A stretch of 59,099 nt of DNA, the filler included, from Sphacelaria rigidula (Eukaryota): the NCBI GenBank assembly GCA_964200075.2. It is 6 parts of 6 records of this genome, joined end to end, with 100 filler letters (N's around TTAATTAATTAA, not from the genome) between each part and the next. Parts side by side here need not be neighbours in the genome. Positions count along the whole stretch, not along the records: positions 9,868 to 19,634 come from CAXNAA020007806.1; positions 19,735 to 29,501 come from CAXNAA020007807.1; 4 more parts are not named here. One strand, given 5' to 3'. Under the pieces are notes generated by a model. That model had not been told where the DNA came from and made no database searches. It saw only the letters and a program-made list of their open reading frames with translations. Below, piece after piece: positions 10,706-23,000 of the stretch (position 1 is its first letter; every line of letters starts with the position of its first letter). A program made the position numbers and the translations under genes.

Positions 10706-10958
10706 TCGCAATTTTTTTCTTGGAGTTGGAGACTGAAATTCGGTATTGACAATCAACAGGGCATGAAGGAAAGCTGTCTGTGAGGTCCCAACGTTTTTTT
10801 TTTTCGTGAGTGAAGGATATTTTACCAAAATCTCAATTGATTTTTGCCCCTTAATTCACGAAAAAAAAATCGCCGGGACCTCACAGACAGCTTTTCTTCA
10901 TGCCCTGTTGATTGTCCATACCAAATTTCACTCTCCAACTCCAAGAAAAAAATTGCGA
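10706..10958. repeat. Long inverted repeat / foldback (arms about 110 nt, loop about 30 nt), MITE-like
   Basis: 10706-10816 (tcgcaatttttttcttggagttggag...cgtgagtgaagg) is the near reverse complement of 10849-10958 (ccttaattcacg...ctccaactccaagaaaaaaattgcga). Confidence 0.85.
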
Positions 10959-13075
10959 TCTTACCTTTAAAAAACCGAGGCGGCGGAAATTCGGAACAGT
11001 ATTTTGCAGGCCGTTTATCGGCCCACGTTCGGTGTTTGTGGGTTGAAACTTTGAAGAAAAATAAAATAAGGCCCATTTTTTTGTTTACTCAGCATACCTC
11101 TGCCGTTCTCGATGCCAAGTTTCAAATCACAATTCTCAAAATTTAGCTGAAAAATCGAGATAAGGCCCAGGAGCAATGTTCATTTCTCCTCAAAACTCCC
11201 CTAAAAACACGAACAAAGATGAGAAAAAAGGGGGAAAAAAAACGGAAAAGCTGTGTTCTTTATTTCATTATGCGCTAGCGGTTCTCCATACCAAATTTCA
11301 TAGCACAACTCTCAAAAACTGAGGCGCGATATCCAGATTAAGGTCATCTAGTGCCTCTGCTCGTAATATACTGATTTTAGTGTGGAACCTTGTGTGCGCC
11401 ATGTCTCGAGATAGATAACGAATTAGGTGAAAGTGACGGTATATATCGTCTCCCCGTGCTCCAGGGAAGGTTCACACCAAAAATCGTCATCATCCGCTTG
11501 ATCGATCGTTCGGGGTTTCATATGGATTTTAGTGTAGACGCTATCTCCGCTCGGTAAAGGAATTACTATACATGGGGTTTACTCGACGAGAAAAAATTGG
11601 CTCAAATTTTCGAGCAGATGGGCAACTTCCCCTTGATTAGACGATTAATACGAGGTGCGGATCACGGCCCAACTCGTCTGTGCCGGTGAGATATCGCTTT
11701 TAGAGCTTAAGCCGTTTTTAGGCTGGCCCAGCTCGTATTACAGTATGTATGCACTGGTGTGCGCTGTTCCAGCAGGTTGGACAACTGCAATATGCAAACT
11801 TTTTTCAATCCACCGTGCGACCTGAAGGTCATCATTCTGGTGTCGAACCGCCCCGTTGGTGATGATAACTTCTTGTTGGACAGCCCCCCGCCCCCGGGAA
11901 CCAAAAGTACTGACGCGTGAAACATCTCCGTTTTGAGCTGCTCACTCACCGTAGATCTCTGGGTGGTGAACGCGTTGTTCCATTAGTGGAGTGATTGAGG
12001 AATAGTAAGGATAAGGGTTCTACCCTACTTTCCCCTCATTCTCGACAGCCTCTGAGGGGGTAATGAGGGTGGGCGTACTCATTTGTTGCTTGCCTTAGTC
12101 GTTCGACCATTGACCACGCATCCCTTTCGAGACGGAGCCCCAGGGGTAGTGCCTGGTCTGCAACTGTTACAGCCCCTTGGTCTATCTCATGATTTCACTT
12201 CATCCTAGACGATGACAGTACACCCCCGTCGACGCATGGATGATATCACGGTACGTGTGAAAAACTAGACACGCAAAAATGCATACTTGTACGCGACGCG
12301 CGCAAGCCTCGAAGTGTCAGCCGGATAGATACAGGGCCACACTCCCAACGGGTTTTGTGCATCGGGTATTCCGTCTCGCCCTCGGTTGTCAACCTCGTTC
12401 ACCCAACATACTCCAGAGTTGTTGTCGAGTATTTGAAGCATAAATTGCTTCTCAGTGCAGACTACCCTGTCCTCGAAACCACAACAATTACCTGTACTGG
12501 GTGGTGCAGTACAGTACGCGCGCCGTGGTCAGACTGATACCGAGGCACGCACCTCAAAAAGTGATGCGGTGGTGCTTTAACGTACAACTTTGTCGCACTG
12601 TTTGGGCTCAGGTTGATGGTGGTATCAGTGGGTCTATTTTTTTCCCGAAATGTACAATTGATTCAGGATATACACATGTATATGTCCTTCACAAAATGTG
12701 AGGGCAAATTTCTCCACCAGGTCAGGCAGTAGATGAATTCACGACTGACTACAGATTTCTCCATGAATCTAGCGGCGGTTTTTTTTCACCACTTTCTTGT
12801 TCCTGTTTTTTCTTCGGGAGGAAGGGATAAGGTCGCGCCTTATGGCAGTCAACAAGGCCCCAAGCGACATCGCATAGTTACACCGACAGTATCGAGACAC
12901 GCGGGGGTCGAGAAGGAAACGGTGGTTGGCGAAAGAGAAGGAAATGTTAAGCTGGAGTTGGCGCTATCCTTTTCCTCTTCTTCCTTGGTCTGATTTCTCA
13001 TCGACTGGAAAGGAAGTCGTGCAGCGGGAGAACTCAAGGAACAATAATCTGGCAAAGTGCCTTTTGAAGCTTTCT

Positions 13076-13353
13076 ACACCTTTGGAATACCTTGCTGTAC
13101 TTATCGAGACGGTTTCAGTACACCTCTGCGTTTTTCTGGTGGACGCACGTTAATTCTTGCCCACACTTGCATTTTTCTCGGAGACCGGTCAAGTCCAGAC
13201 GAATCTCGGAAACGTTTTTGGAGAAACGTTTCTGGACTTGACCGGTCTCCGAGAGAAATGCAAGTTTGGGCAATAAAATAGCTACGGCCACCAGGAAAAA
13301 GCACAGGTGTGCTGGAACCATCTCAACGAGTACAGCAAGGTATTTCAAGGTGT
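13076..13353. repeat. Foldback palindrome (about 280 nt), MITE-like
   Basis: acacctttggaataccttgctgtact...ggagaccggtcaagtccaga pairs with tctggacttgaccggtctcc...agtacagcaaggtatttcaaggtgt. Confidence 0.85.
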
Positions 13354-16300
13354 CGAAATCCGCCTAGCTCTCTTCTAGGGCGTAAAACGACGCAGGAGCT
13401 CCAAACGGGCACTTTCGCACACTTTTATTTCTGTTTCCCACAAGGAGCCCCCTAAGGTTACTTCTCATGTATAAAAAAAACGTTATAAGAAAAGCCATTT
13501 TTCAACAGAACGTTTTCCAACAGAATTTTTTCAAGTAGTCCTTCTCACGTGATTGACGCTGTCAACATAGGAAAAGCCGTGTTCATCGTTCTCTACAAGG
13601 CCTGTGGGCATAATTTCAAGTTCTGGGGCCCGCGAGAGAGACGCAGCACTCTGCTGTCGTGTCGTGGTGTACGGTCCGTACTGACTGTCTTTCTGTACGA
13701 CTGTGATACATTGCCTGGGCAATACATGGTGGGCTGCGTGACGCAAGACGATCAGTACGAACACCGCCTTGCTGTACTAACTGACTCTAGAAGTGACAGT
13801 TGTCTTTCTTCACTGCACGGTAGTACTTGACTGGAAGGACAGCACGAGCAACAATACAGGCAGTGCTGTATTGTATGCATTGGCTGTAGTACTACAATAG
13901 TAGCACTATCCATAGTCTTGTGTGTACTGTCAGTACAGTCCTGTATCTACAAGGCTTGGGTGCATAGGGAGTCTGTACTGCAAAGCGACGTCTGTTCGCA
14001 ACACGCTGCATGCACAGACCTGAACTGAGCTGCGATTTCGCTGCACCTTACGAGTAGTATTTAATTTACGGACGGCACGGACAGCACGGACAACAGTACA
14101 GACAGTGCTGTATTGTATGCATTTGATGTACTACATTATGGGCGCGCCTGACCTCCCAAAATGAGCCAAAAAAGTGTCACCGACCAAAAGCACGAACAGA
14201 CCGGAGATCTCGTTCATCCCCTGATTATGCACGCCGTAAAATCCCCCCAAGTACTTGTGATTTGAGTGGGGTTCCACTTGACTATGTCCCATTTTCGTTG
14301 TCCAGGACTACGAACCATGGCATACCTAGGCTACTCACCGGCGTGTATTTGTCCAAGCTACAATCTGGAAAGATTGCGGAACCAAAGGAGTTATGGTGAT
14401 CGATAAAATCGCAAAAAAAAAAAAACATGTTTTTTCCACTTAATTTGTTATTAAACGCGGATCCCGATGAGATAGAAAAAATCGATCACCGAGTTTTTAG
14501 TTGCTGTCTTGGCGCAGATGATGCAAAAAATCGCATCCCAATCGATGGCTTTGACGATGAGTTATTGGGGCAACCGTTTGGGCTACGGGTGCAAACCAGC
14601 ACCTCCAACCCTCGCCGGTTTTCACGACATGCGAAAACGTCACCCCTCTCCAGCGGCCTCAGAATAGATTACACCCTCGGATAATTCTTGATACTGCAGA
14701 TGGTTGATACATCGCATGTGTGGAATGTTCGGCAGGTGTAGAATTTGAACCTTTGACCAAACCCCTAGAGGCTGTTGTGTGTGCGGATATTTACCCCCAT
14801 TTGTGCATCGCTTGTGATAGTGGCACGAGTAGCGCTCGCTCTCCTGCACCCGGTGCCATCACCACGCCACCATCGATAGCGTAGCTTTGTATCTCATCTC
14901 ACCTGGCGGCAAGTGTGGATAAACTCTGGACTGAAGGAGAACAGAAGCCACAAAGCATGCTAGAAGCACAGCTCCCATGAAAAGATCCGGATTTCGGTGT
15001 TCACAATAAAATCAATATAGATCAACTTACCCTCCGCAATGGTCAACCATACTGCGTCAAGGCTTGGGTGCGTGGGCAGTCTATAGAGCATTGCGACGGC
15101 TGTTCGCAACACGCAGCCTGCACAGACCTGAACTGAGCTACAATATTGCACGGACTACATTTAGACTGTTCTGCCTGTACAGCAGTCGTCATCGACCCTG
15201 CCCTGTGCTGTTCTCATGGGGTAAAGGGCCACCACGCTACTGGCGAGCGAAGGACAATGATGCAACACACTGAATGCCCGCGAGCACCAGCGACAGCAGT
15301 AGTGATGGCAGCCAAGCCATCACAGGTGCTGTCGTGGGCTGTAGGGTGTGTTCAAAGGCGTTTTAAATAACGTTTTTCGATAGCCCAAGGTTATCATAAA
15401 ATCACGATTTTCTGATGACTTGTGGGCTGTCAGAAAATGTCATCAGAAAATTTCTTATCGTAAAACTCGTTTTCTGATCACATAAAAAGTGAGTTTTTGG
15501 CCTGTTGTCGGAAAAAGCGTTTTTTTACACTGTTTTTGTTATTCACAGGAAGGAGCCCAAGTCGGGGGGGGGAAATACAATGTTTTTGGTGAAGGTAACA
15601 CAAAAACTGAAAAAATGACCCCGTTAATAAGTACGACCCCTCAGCGGGCCAACTACCCTACATGTGCAATATCGTGTGCGCGCAGTGCAAGCCCTCGCTT
15701 GATTTTAGTCTTCGGCGCCCGCGGGACAAACGGTAGGCTCTAGCACAGCCAGTAATACCTCCCCAAAGCAGATAGAAAGTGCATACACCAAAGGCACAAC
15801 CTATCTCCCATATGGAGGCCTCTAAAGTACCGGGAAATGTAACAGTCACGTGGGGATATCTTGAGCAGAAAATGCGGATTACCTCTCGCCAATTTGTCCC
15901 CCACTTATCATGATTATAACCCGTTGAGCGCGGAGCATTGTACAATTTTGAAGCTGACAGTCTCGCGGAGTGATTTTTTCGAAGTGCGGTTCATTTGGGG
16001 TGTTTGAACTAGGTGGTAAATATAATTAGCATACTCGGAACAAAACAATCTTGGGTGGACCATTTACTTGCTGTTGGAGTGGGGTCAGGAGCATGCTTGG
16101 CGTCAAGGCCGAAATCGAGCAAAGTTTTGGAACGTCCTGCGTCACATTTGTCCAGCTTCCGCTGCCTTGGCCCAGCTTGTATTCGAGAGCATGGACTCGC
16201 GTGGATTGCAGCATATACTGAAGTGTTGCCAAGAGACAAGACATATGTACAAGCGGGTTCACGCTCATCACCGCTCATGTTTTCATCCGCAAAACCTCGC

Positions 16301-16374
16301 CATCTGGGGTTAGCCTTAAAAAAAATGCACACCTTTTAGGCCATTGCGTAACTGTCGAGGGGCGAGGTTATCCA

Positions 16375-16960
16375 TTGTTCTATTTCACCGGCTATCGGGG
16401 GTCCCAGGATCTTGGGGGTCACATGCTCTTCACACGCCCTTCCAAGACCCCCGGTAACCGATGAAAGGAACAAAATAAACGACCCTCGTGCACGAAAGTT
16501 TTGTGATGACCCATAGTACATGTGTGCGAAGTTTTAGAGTCTGACTCCATAAAAGGGGTGACGTTTGGCGCATTTGTGCGATGAAGTGAGCGCGAAAGAT
16601 ACAACCTTTCCACTTCTTGACTTTTCTATAGACACAACTTGTCGGATGCGTGTAACTTGAGAATGATCCCGCATGATCAAGTTTTCGAGTTCCTCAAGGA
16701 AATTTTCACATATGTTACTCCGACTACCCCGGGGCGCGTACGTTTCATTTCCTCTACTTCGAGGAATTCTATACCGGCTTTCGGGGATCTTCTCGCAGGA
16801 CCCCCAGAAGCCGGGAAAAAGCGGAGAACCTTTGGAATATTTTCCAGCATTACATTTCTCTATTTGAAGCACCTGTACCGAACGGCCGAGCGTGAGGCCG
16901 ATCGGGGCGTTTCTACGGCAGATATGAGGGAAACCATCAAGATTCTTCCCGGGTCTTTGG
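16375..16960 (+). pseudogene. Decayed coding sequence resembling the C-terminal part of the 43479-45859 protein (P-transposase C-terminal-like)
   Basis: One frame gives LFYFTGY (16375) ... LRMIPHDQVFEFLKEIF ... IFSSITFLYLK ... STADMRETIK, interrupted by several stops. Confidence 0.4.
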
Positions 16961-19634
16961 AGCTTATCATCAGTGGAAGTTCGACGACGCCAAAACATAT
17001 CACCGAAATACCACAGTGTGTGGTATGATTCAATCCCATGGCAGCTGTTGTCACATATTTAATTTTTCCGCTGGATTTCTGAGATGGTGGCGATTACAAG
17101 ATATATTTGACGAGAGTCAAAGCGGTGCAGGAGGGCTCATCCAATCCGCGATGCCCCCCATCCGTGGTGACAAGGAATTGAGCCATCTCTCCCTCGGTAC
17201 CTGCCTGGCATGTCGTCATGGATTGGATAATGACCAGCACTCCCGCACCGTATCGGCTGTTGACGAATGTTCTCTCGCTATTCGCGTCCTCATGCTTTCA
17301 ACGACCGAAGGCAGATCCTGCTCGAAAATACCACATATATCGGAGCTCGAACCCACGATCTTCTGCCCTCGCCGACTTTTGATGTACCTTTTGCACCAGG
17401 GGGACGCCGCACGACTAACGGTACCCCCACTCTTCCAGGTACTCTCGTTTTTCGGCTGACGATCAGGCGGTGCAAAAACTACGTGAGGCCGAGAAAAAAA
17501 GGAATACTTACCGACTAATCGCCGTCCCCTTACGAAGCATCGGAAGAGCATAGATGGGTGAAGGTTACACCACTTGCGTAGAACCAGCGTGAAGGTTTTC
17601 GGCCGGGAAGTGGTGGCATCGGTGCACGTGTCGAACCTTCAAAAACAGCAACAACAACAACAAAAAGAGTAGTCAGACGCGTTTTTGTCCTTCCTTCAGC
17701 AAGTAACAGCACGTGTGCAGTCAGTTGCGGACAAAAATCTGAGGCCAAATCTGAAAAATATATATATATATATATGTTGTTTCGGGAAGATGGCAGATTC
17801 CCGTGCATTCGAATGACATTCTTTGTATGCGTGGCTAGACTCTACATCCTTAATTATTCGACATCGAACGAGTCACAGCAGGTTGAAAGACTAATGCTCG
17901 TCAAAGTGTTTCATCATCGACGACTCAATATTGGGCTCTTCGACCATACAGGCAGTTACGTCAAACGCGACGGAAACACGAATGAGATATGGGCAACACA
18001 GGGGCACTGACCGTTCAAAGAGCGAGAGTGCGGAGAGCATAATCTTCCCAGGGGTCGGACAAACTAATGACTCGTCTGGAAACTACTTGATGTTAGTGTA
18101 TTTGTTTCGTACCGCACGAATCAATCCTTGAGCTTTGTTTTCGGCGTTGCAACCCAGGTACGCGCAGCTCAGGCATGTGGAATGGCGCAAAAATTGCGTG
18201 AAGACCCTTTTGACCAGCGGTCAACTTTTTCCTCTCTTTCGAGCAATCAGGCCCGGAAAATCGTGCAGTTGGCGATTCGAACAGATGATGATTCATCCGA
18301 ACCGTGCAATCCTCCCGTCCCCGGGGTTTTATTTTCCCGGTCCATTAGACAACATCCACGAGGATCATTTCTCACCACCAACAGCTTGCTGGCTGTCTGG
18401 TCCCCACGAGGAACTCTCTCTCCCGAGAGCTATCAGTCCTCAATCTGTGCGTGCTCCGCATTACTACAGCACATACACGAACCTGAACTCTACTGCCAGA
18501 GCACGACCATCGCCCTCAAGGTAGCCAGTTTCGCTTTCAAGGGTGGTATCTCCATACTGCGGTTGTGGTTCCTGTTCAATTCCCCGCCACCTCTCACTCA
18601 TGATGAACATATCTCGTGAGTTCACGCTCAGAACGACACAGCCCTGGCTTGAATACGGGCTGCCGTGCTGACTACACCGCACGGTGCTCAGAGGAAGCAA
18701 CGCACGCAGTCCGATTCGCAGGCACAAGAGCGACAAGGGTGCACAACAAACGTTGTGATGCCTGTGCCGCAGCATGCGATAGTTGGGCGGGGGTAGCATC
18801 ATTGTGTTGGTCGCACAAGTGCACACCGAGTGCGTGATTGCTCGCCGTGCAAACCAAGAGACAATACAGCACTTGGGGGAGATAAATGGCACCACGTGAC
18901 ATCACCACAGAAAAATAATCGATCGCACTCCCAGGTCGTCACTCACGCACGGTCTAGATCGTGACCGACGAAGGCGGAGCTCTTCATTAGGCACAGCACG
19001 TCTCCCGGCAACGAGCACTTCAATGTACCACCGTTTATCCATGCCGCGTCCTGTCGGGGACAACGTTTCATCATGAACAATGACAGGTATAGACGAAATG
19101 TCATCACGCGCGGGGCTTTTCAGGGAGTGGTATCCAACGTAGCCCTATGAAGTGCTGGTAGTCACCAGCATAGAGCAAAAAAAAACATAAGATCCATCAT
19201 GCGGGGGTGGTACTCACGGAGTGGGTGAGTGGTACTCGTACACACATACCTCCCGCTGTTCCGAAAACAAAAACGCAGTTCGCGATGCGCCTCGGCTGAT
19301 CGCCGTTGCAGAATGAGGCACATGGACAGAAAGCCCAACCAATTAGGCCAGCCTCGACGATCCATGTCATACGCGACGATCCATATCATACGCTGGTTGC
19401 GGAGCCCACAGTCAAAACAATAAACCACCCTCGGAACAACAAGAAATACCGCGCGGGCGTGTAATACCCCGCGGGCGGGGGTATGAATGGGATGGTATCC
19501 AGCATATCTGGGCACAGAACGGTAGGTGCTGGTATCACGCCAAGATTACCGAAACCGTACCACGTGTTTTGGGGGGGGCGTACTCATTTGTTGCTTGCCT
19601 TAGTCGTGTGGCCATTGACCACGCATCTCTTTCG

Positions 19635-19734
19635 NNNNNNNNNNNNNNNNNNNNNNNNNNNNNNNNNNNNNNNNNNNNTTAATTAATTAANNNNNNNNNN
19701 NNNNNNNNNNNNNNNNNNNNNNNNNNNNNNNNNN
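19635..19734. other. Artificial contig linker
   Basis: Same 100-nt spacer. Confidence 0.97.
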
Positions 19735-20031
19735 CCCCCCCACGCTCCTTGCTGATTGGATGGTGTGATTTTTTCTGTCATTACCGAGAAATCAACTTCC
19801 AGCTGATCTCTGAGCGTATCGCACTCCGTACTCAACCTAATTCCAGGTTTCATATCGGTGCTAAATGTCTGCGTTAATCTCTCTCTCCCGTCCCTACTCA
19901 CCTTCGTCCTACCCACAACCCTCCCTGTTCTCGCTCCTCTGATGACACACCACATGTAAAACCAAAACGGACTCCTCTATCGCTCTCTATCTCTGTCTCC
20001 CGCTCACACACGTTGCTCACGCGTTCGGTAG

Positions 20032-23000
20032 GTTTCCAGTGAGGGTGATGCTGACGGCATTTCATCTATTCCACCACTACCAGTGGTGCGGATCGGTGGA
20101 GGCGTTTCGTTTTCCTCCGTCTAGCTTGCCGGCGGTGTGCCTGGCGTGCCTCGTGGCCGCAACGAAGGCGGAGGATTGCAATGCCAAACTGGACACTCTG
20201 CTCAAGGAGATGCGGCAGCTCGATCCCCTCCTGCCGCCCATGGACGGGGTATTTCCCCTCGGGAAGATGCCGAACACGAAGGAGGTAAATACAGAGTACC
20301 GTGGGTGATGATTAGAGGTGGGCACCTGGAAAAAAACCCCGGTTATAACCGGTTTTTGGAAACCCCAAAAGGCGTCAACCGGTTGCGGTTATGAAAAAAA
20401 AACGAAGTTTTTTTTTGCCGTTTAAACCGGTTTTGCCGGTGAACCGCTTTAACCGGTTCAATTGCGAAGTTTGAAATTGGTGCTCGTAGCTCGTAGCGAA
20501 AGCATGACATGCGACACATCACACATCACACGTCACCCTTGCAACTTACACATAGTCAGCTCGCAGAGACCACAATACTGCGGATGTGGCAAACACACTT
20601 GCATACTCGAGACTGCCTCGAGGGTCGTTTTGGGGGTATTCTGGCGTACTACCCTTCGATAGAGCTCTGAAGTGCTAGCGTCGGTAAATTTTGGTAAAAA
20701 TGAGCAGATAATCCTGAAAAAACAGTGCCCGAGTAGTGTTACGTAGTGTTGTCGGGCGATAGGAGCAGATACCCCGTTAATAAGGAGTGTATTATTTACC
20801 ATGAAACACCGTTATTCGGCTCTGGTGCAGTGACTAGCTACAATTCCAAAAAAATAAAATTGTACATTCCTTTCCGACAACGATCGGGACAGGCTCGATC
20901 GACCTAAAATTCTAGAGAGTCAGAATCTGTGCTGAAAAATTGCAGGACCCCCGATGACCGGTCAGCCCGTAAGTCACCCAATGTTGAGTACAGATGGTTT
21001 TTGTTTTCATTTAACGTGGAGCGGAGACAAGTACCTTCAAATCCCCAATGTGATGGGCGGTGACAAGCGGAAGAGCCTGAGAAAGTCGCCGATGACGAAG
21101 AAATTTGAAAAAGAACGGTTCAGATTCCCACCACTACTCCGGAGTATAGTTTTTTATATTCTACTTTTGACACCCTGTGTTTGCTAGGGATAGGAGCAAG
21201 ATTTGAACAGCAGCTGTTCACGTGATAACGAACACCATTTCCTATCACGCATAAAACTCCTTGTCACCAGTCGTCAGCCACTGCGCTGTAAAGTTCGACA
21301 GGTGTTGCACGGGTGCGGAGTGCGGAGTGCGGAGGTGTGAGATTGAACCTTGCCGTTACCGGCAGTGGGTGTGTTCGAGAGTATCCATCACCCACCACAC
21401 ACGAAGCATACGACAACAATGCCGAATTCACCCGCGTTTCAATGATTTGGAGGCGTTTTCCCTTGCTTATCCGATTAAACCGTTTTTCCGGTGAACCGGT
21501 TAAACCAGCTGAAAAAACCCCGGTTTAACCGGTTTTTTGTTTTTCAAAATAACGCCTCCTTATCCGGTAACCGGTTTTTCGATTTTCTTATCCGGTGCCC
21601 ACTTCTAGTGGCGGTGTACAAGTACCGTAGATGACGATGTACAAGATCCCCTGGATGGTGACTTTCCGAGGCCCGAAAAAAAAATCACCTGGGGGCGGTG
21701 CTTGGGGCGAGCACAGAAGGGGGAGAGTGGAAGGGGTATTCTACATACCCCGCTGCGATATCGTAGGGACTGGTATGGTTCCAATCCTAGCTGTGAACGT
21801 CATGGGTCGGGGGTGATATTCAGGAAGGGGGGAAGGGAGGTAATTACGGATAATGGAGTACTAAATGTCGCATGTGAACTAATTTACCGCAAAACTAGCC
21901 TCGGTATTAAGATGAACCCACATGCTGTAGGTGACTGAACGTCAACCACTTACCTGTGTTGTATATAGATATGTGTATATATTCACACAGATTCCATTCT
22001 ATGCGTGGTCCGAACGTGGTGTGTAGGAGCTGGTACTGTTTCCCGTTCGCCTCTTCTGTCATTCATTTTTTGTAATCTTCATGCTCCGGTCATTTTATTT
22101 CCGCACGATGCGGTTTTACACCACGACTGTAACTGTGTACCATTTTCGTCGTTAAAGGGTACAAGTCATCACACGGCAACTGTTAGATGAAGCCTACAGG
22201 TCAATTGTGTTCATGTTCACCCATACAAGATTGATTTTTTTGGCGCACAACATATTGCTTTTTACTGCATTGCAGTCGAACCACATTGAAACCTATGTTG
22301 GGTTCGACGGACGAAGCTCTGTTTACATACCCACCAGCCCACTCACCCCCCTCGTGCGCCTCTCCCGCTGTCGCCGCCCGATCGTCGGGCCATTCTCCAC
22401 TGGTACATACCACGTTCGCTCTTCAGGTGATCACGTTTGAGTACAAGCTACTTCTCTCACGAGGATTTGACCTGGAAATGGTGCACCCAACCGAGCACAT
22501 TGCCACCCTCTTGGCGGTTACGCGAGCTCCCATTGAGGTGCGTGTGAGGCAGTGGAGAGATATCTTGTGGGAGCCATTCGTACAGACATGCGTGAGGGAA
22601 TGAGGGAGGGGTGGGGGCGTAGCTCGTGGCAGAAACCTAGGTTGTGGTCACTGCTGTGCAGGCTTTCCTGATATTTTCCACGACCCACGATACGCCTAGT
22701 CAGCGTGTCCAGCGTCCCGGAACGTACAGGATACATACGGTACGAACACTTTTGCATGTAACTTGCCGTCTCACTCGAGTCAAGCTTTCAACTCCCGTAA
22801 CTTGTACGGTGGTTGTCTGCAGGTCGGCGAAATGGCGTACGAGGTTCTGTGCTCGAGGATATATACGGACTCGACCTTGTGCCTGGAGGAAGACCCGATG
22901 ACGTGTCTGTGTGCCGCGGTACAGTTCTCACTGTTGGTGAGACCATTCATCGCACTATAGGATGTTCGTATATTCTGGGTGAAGACGTCGCGGCAGAGAA

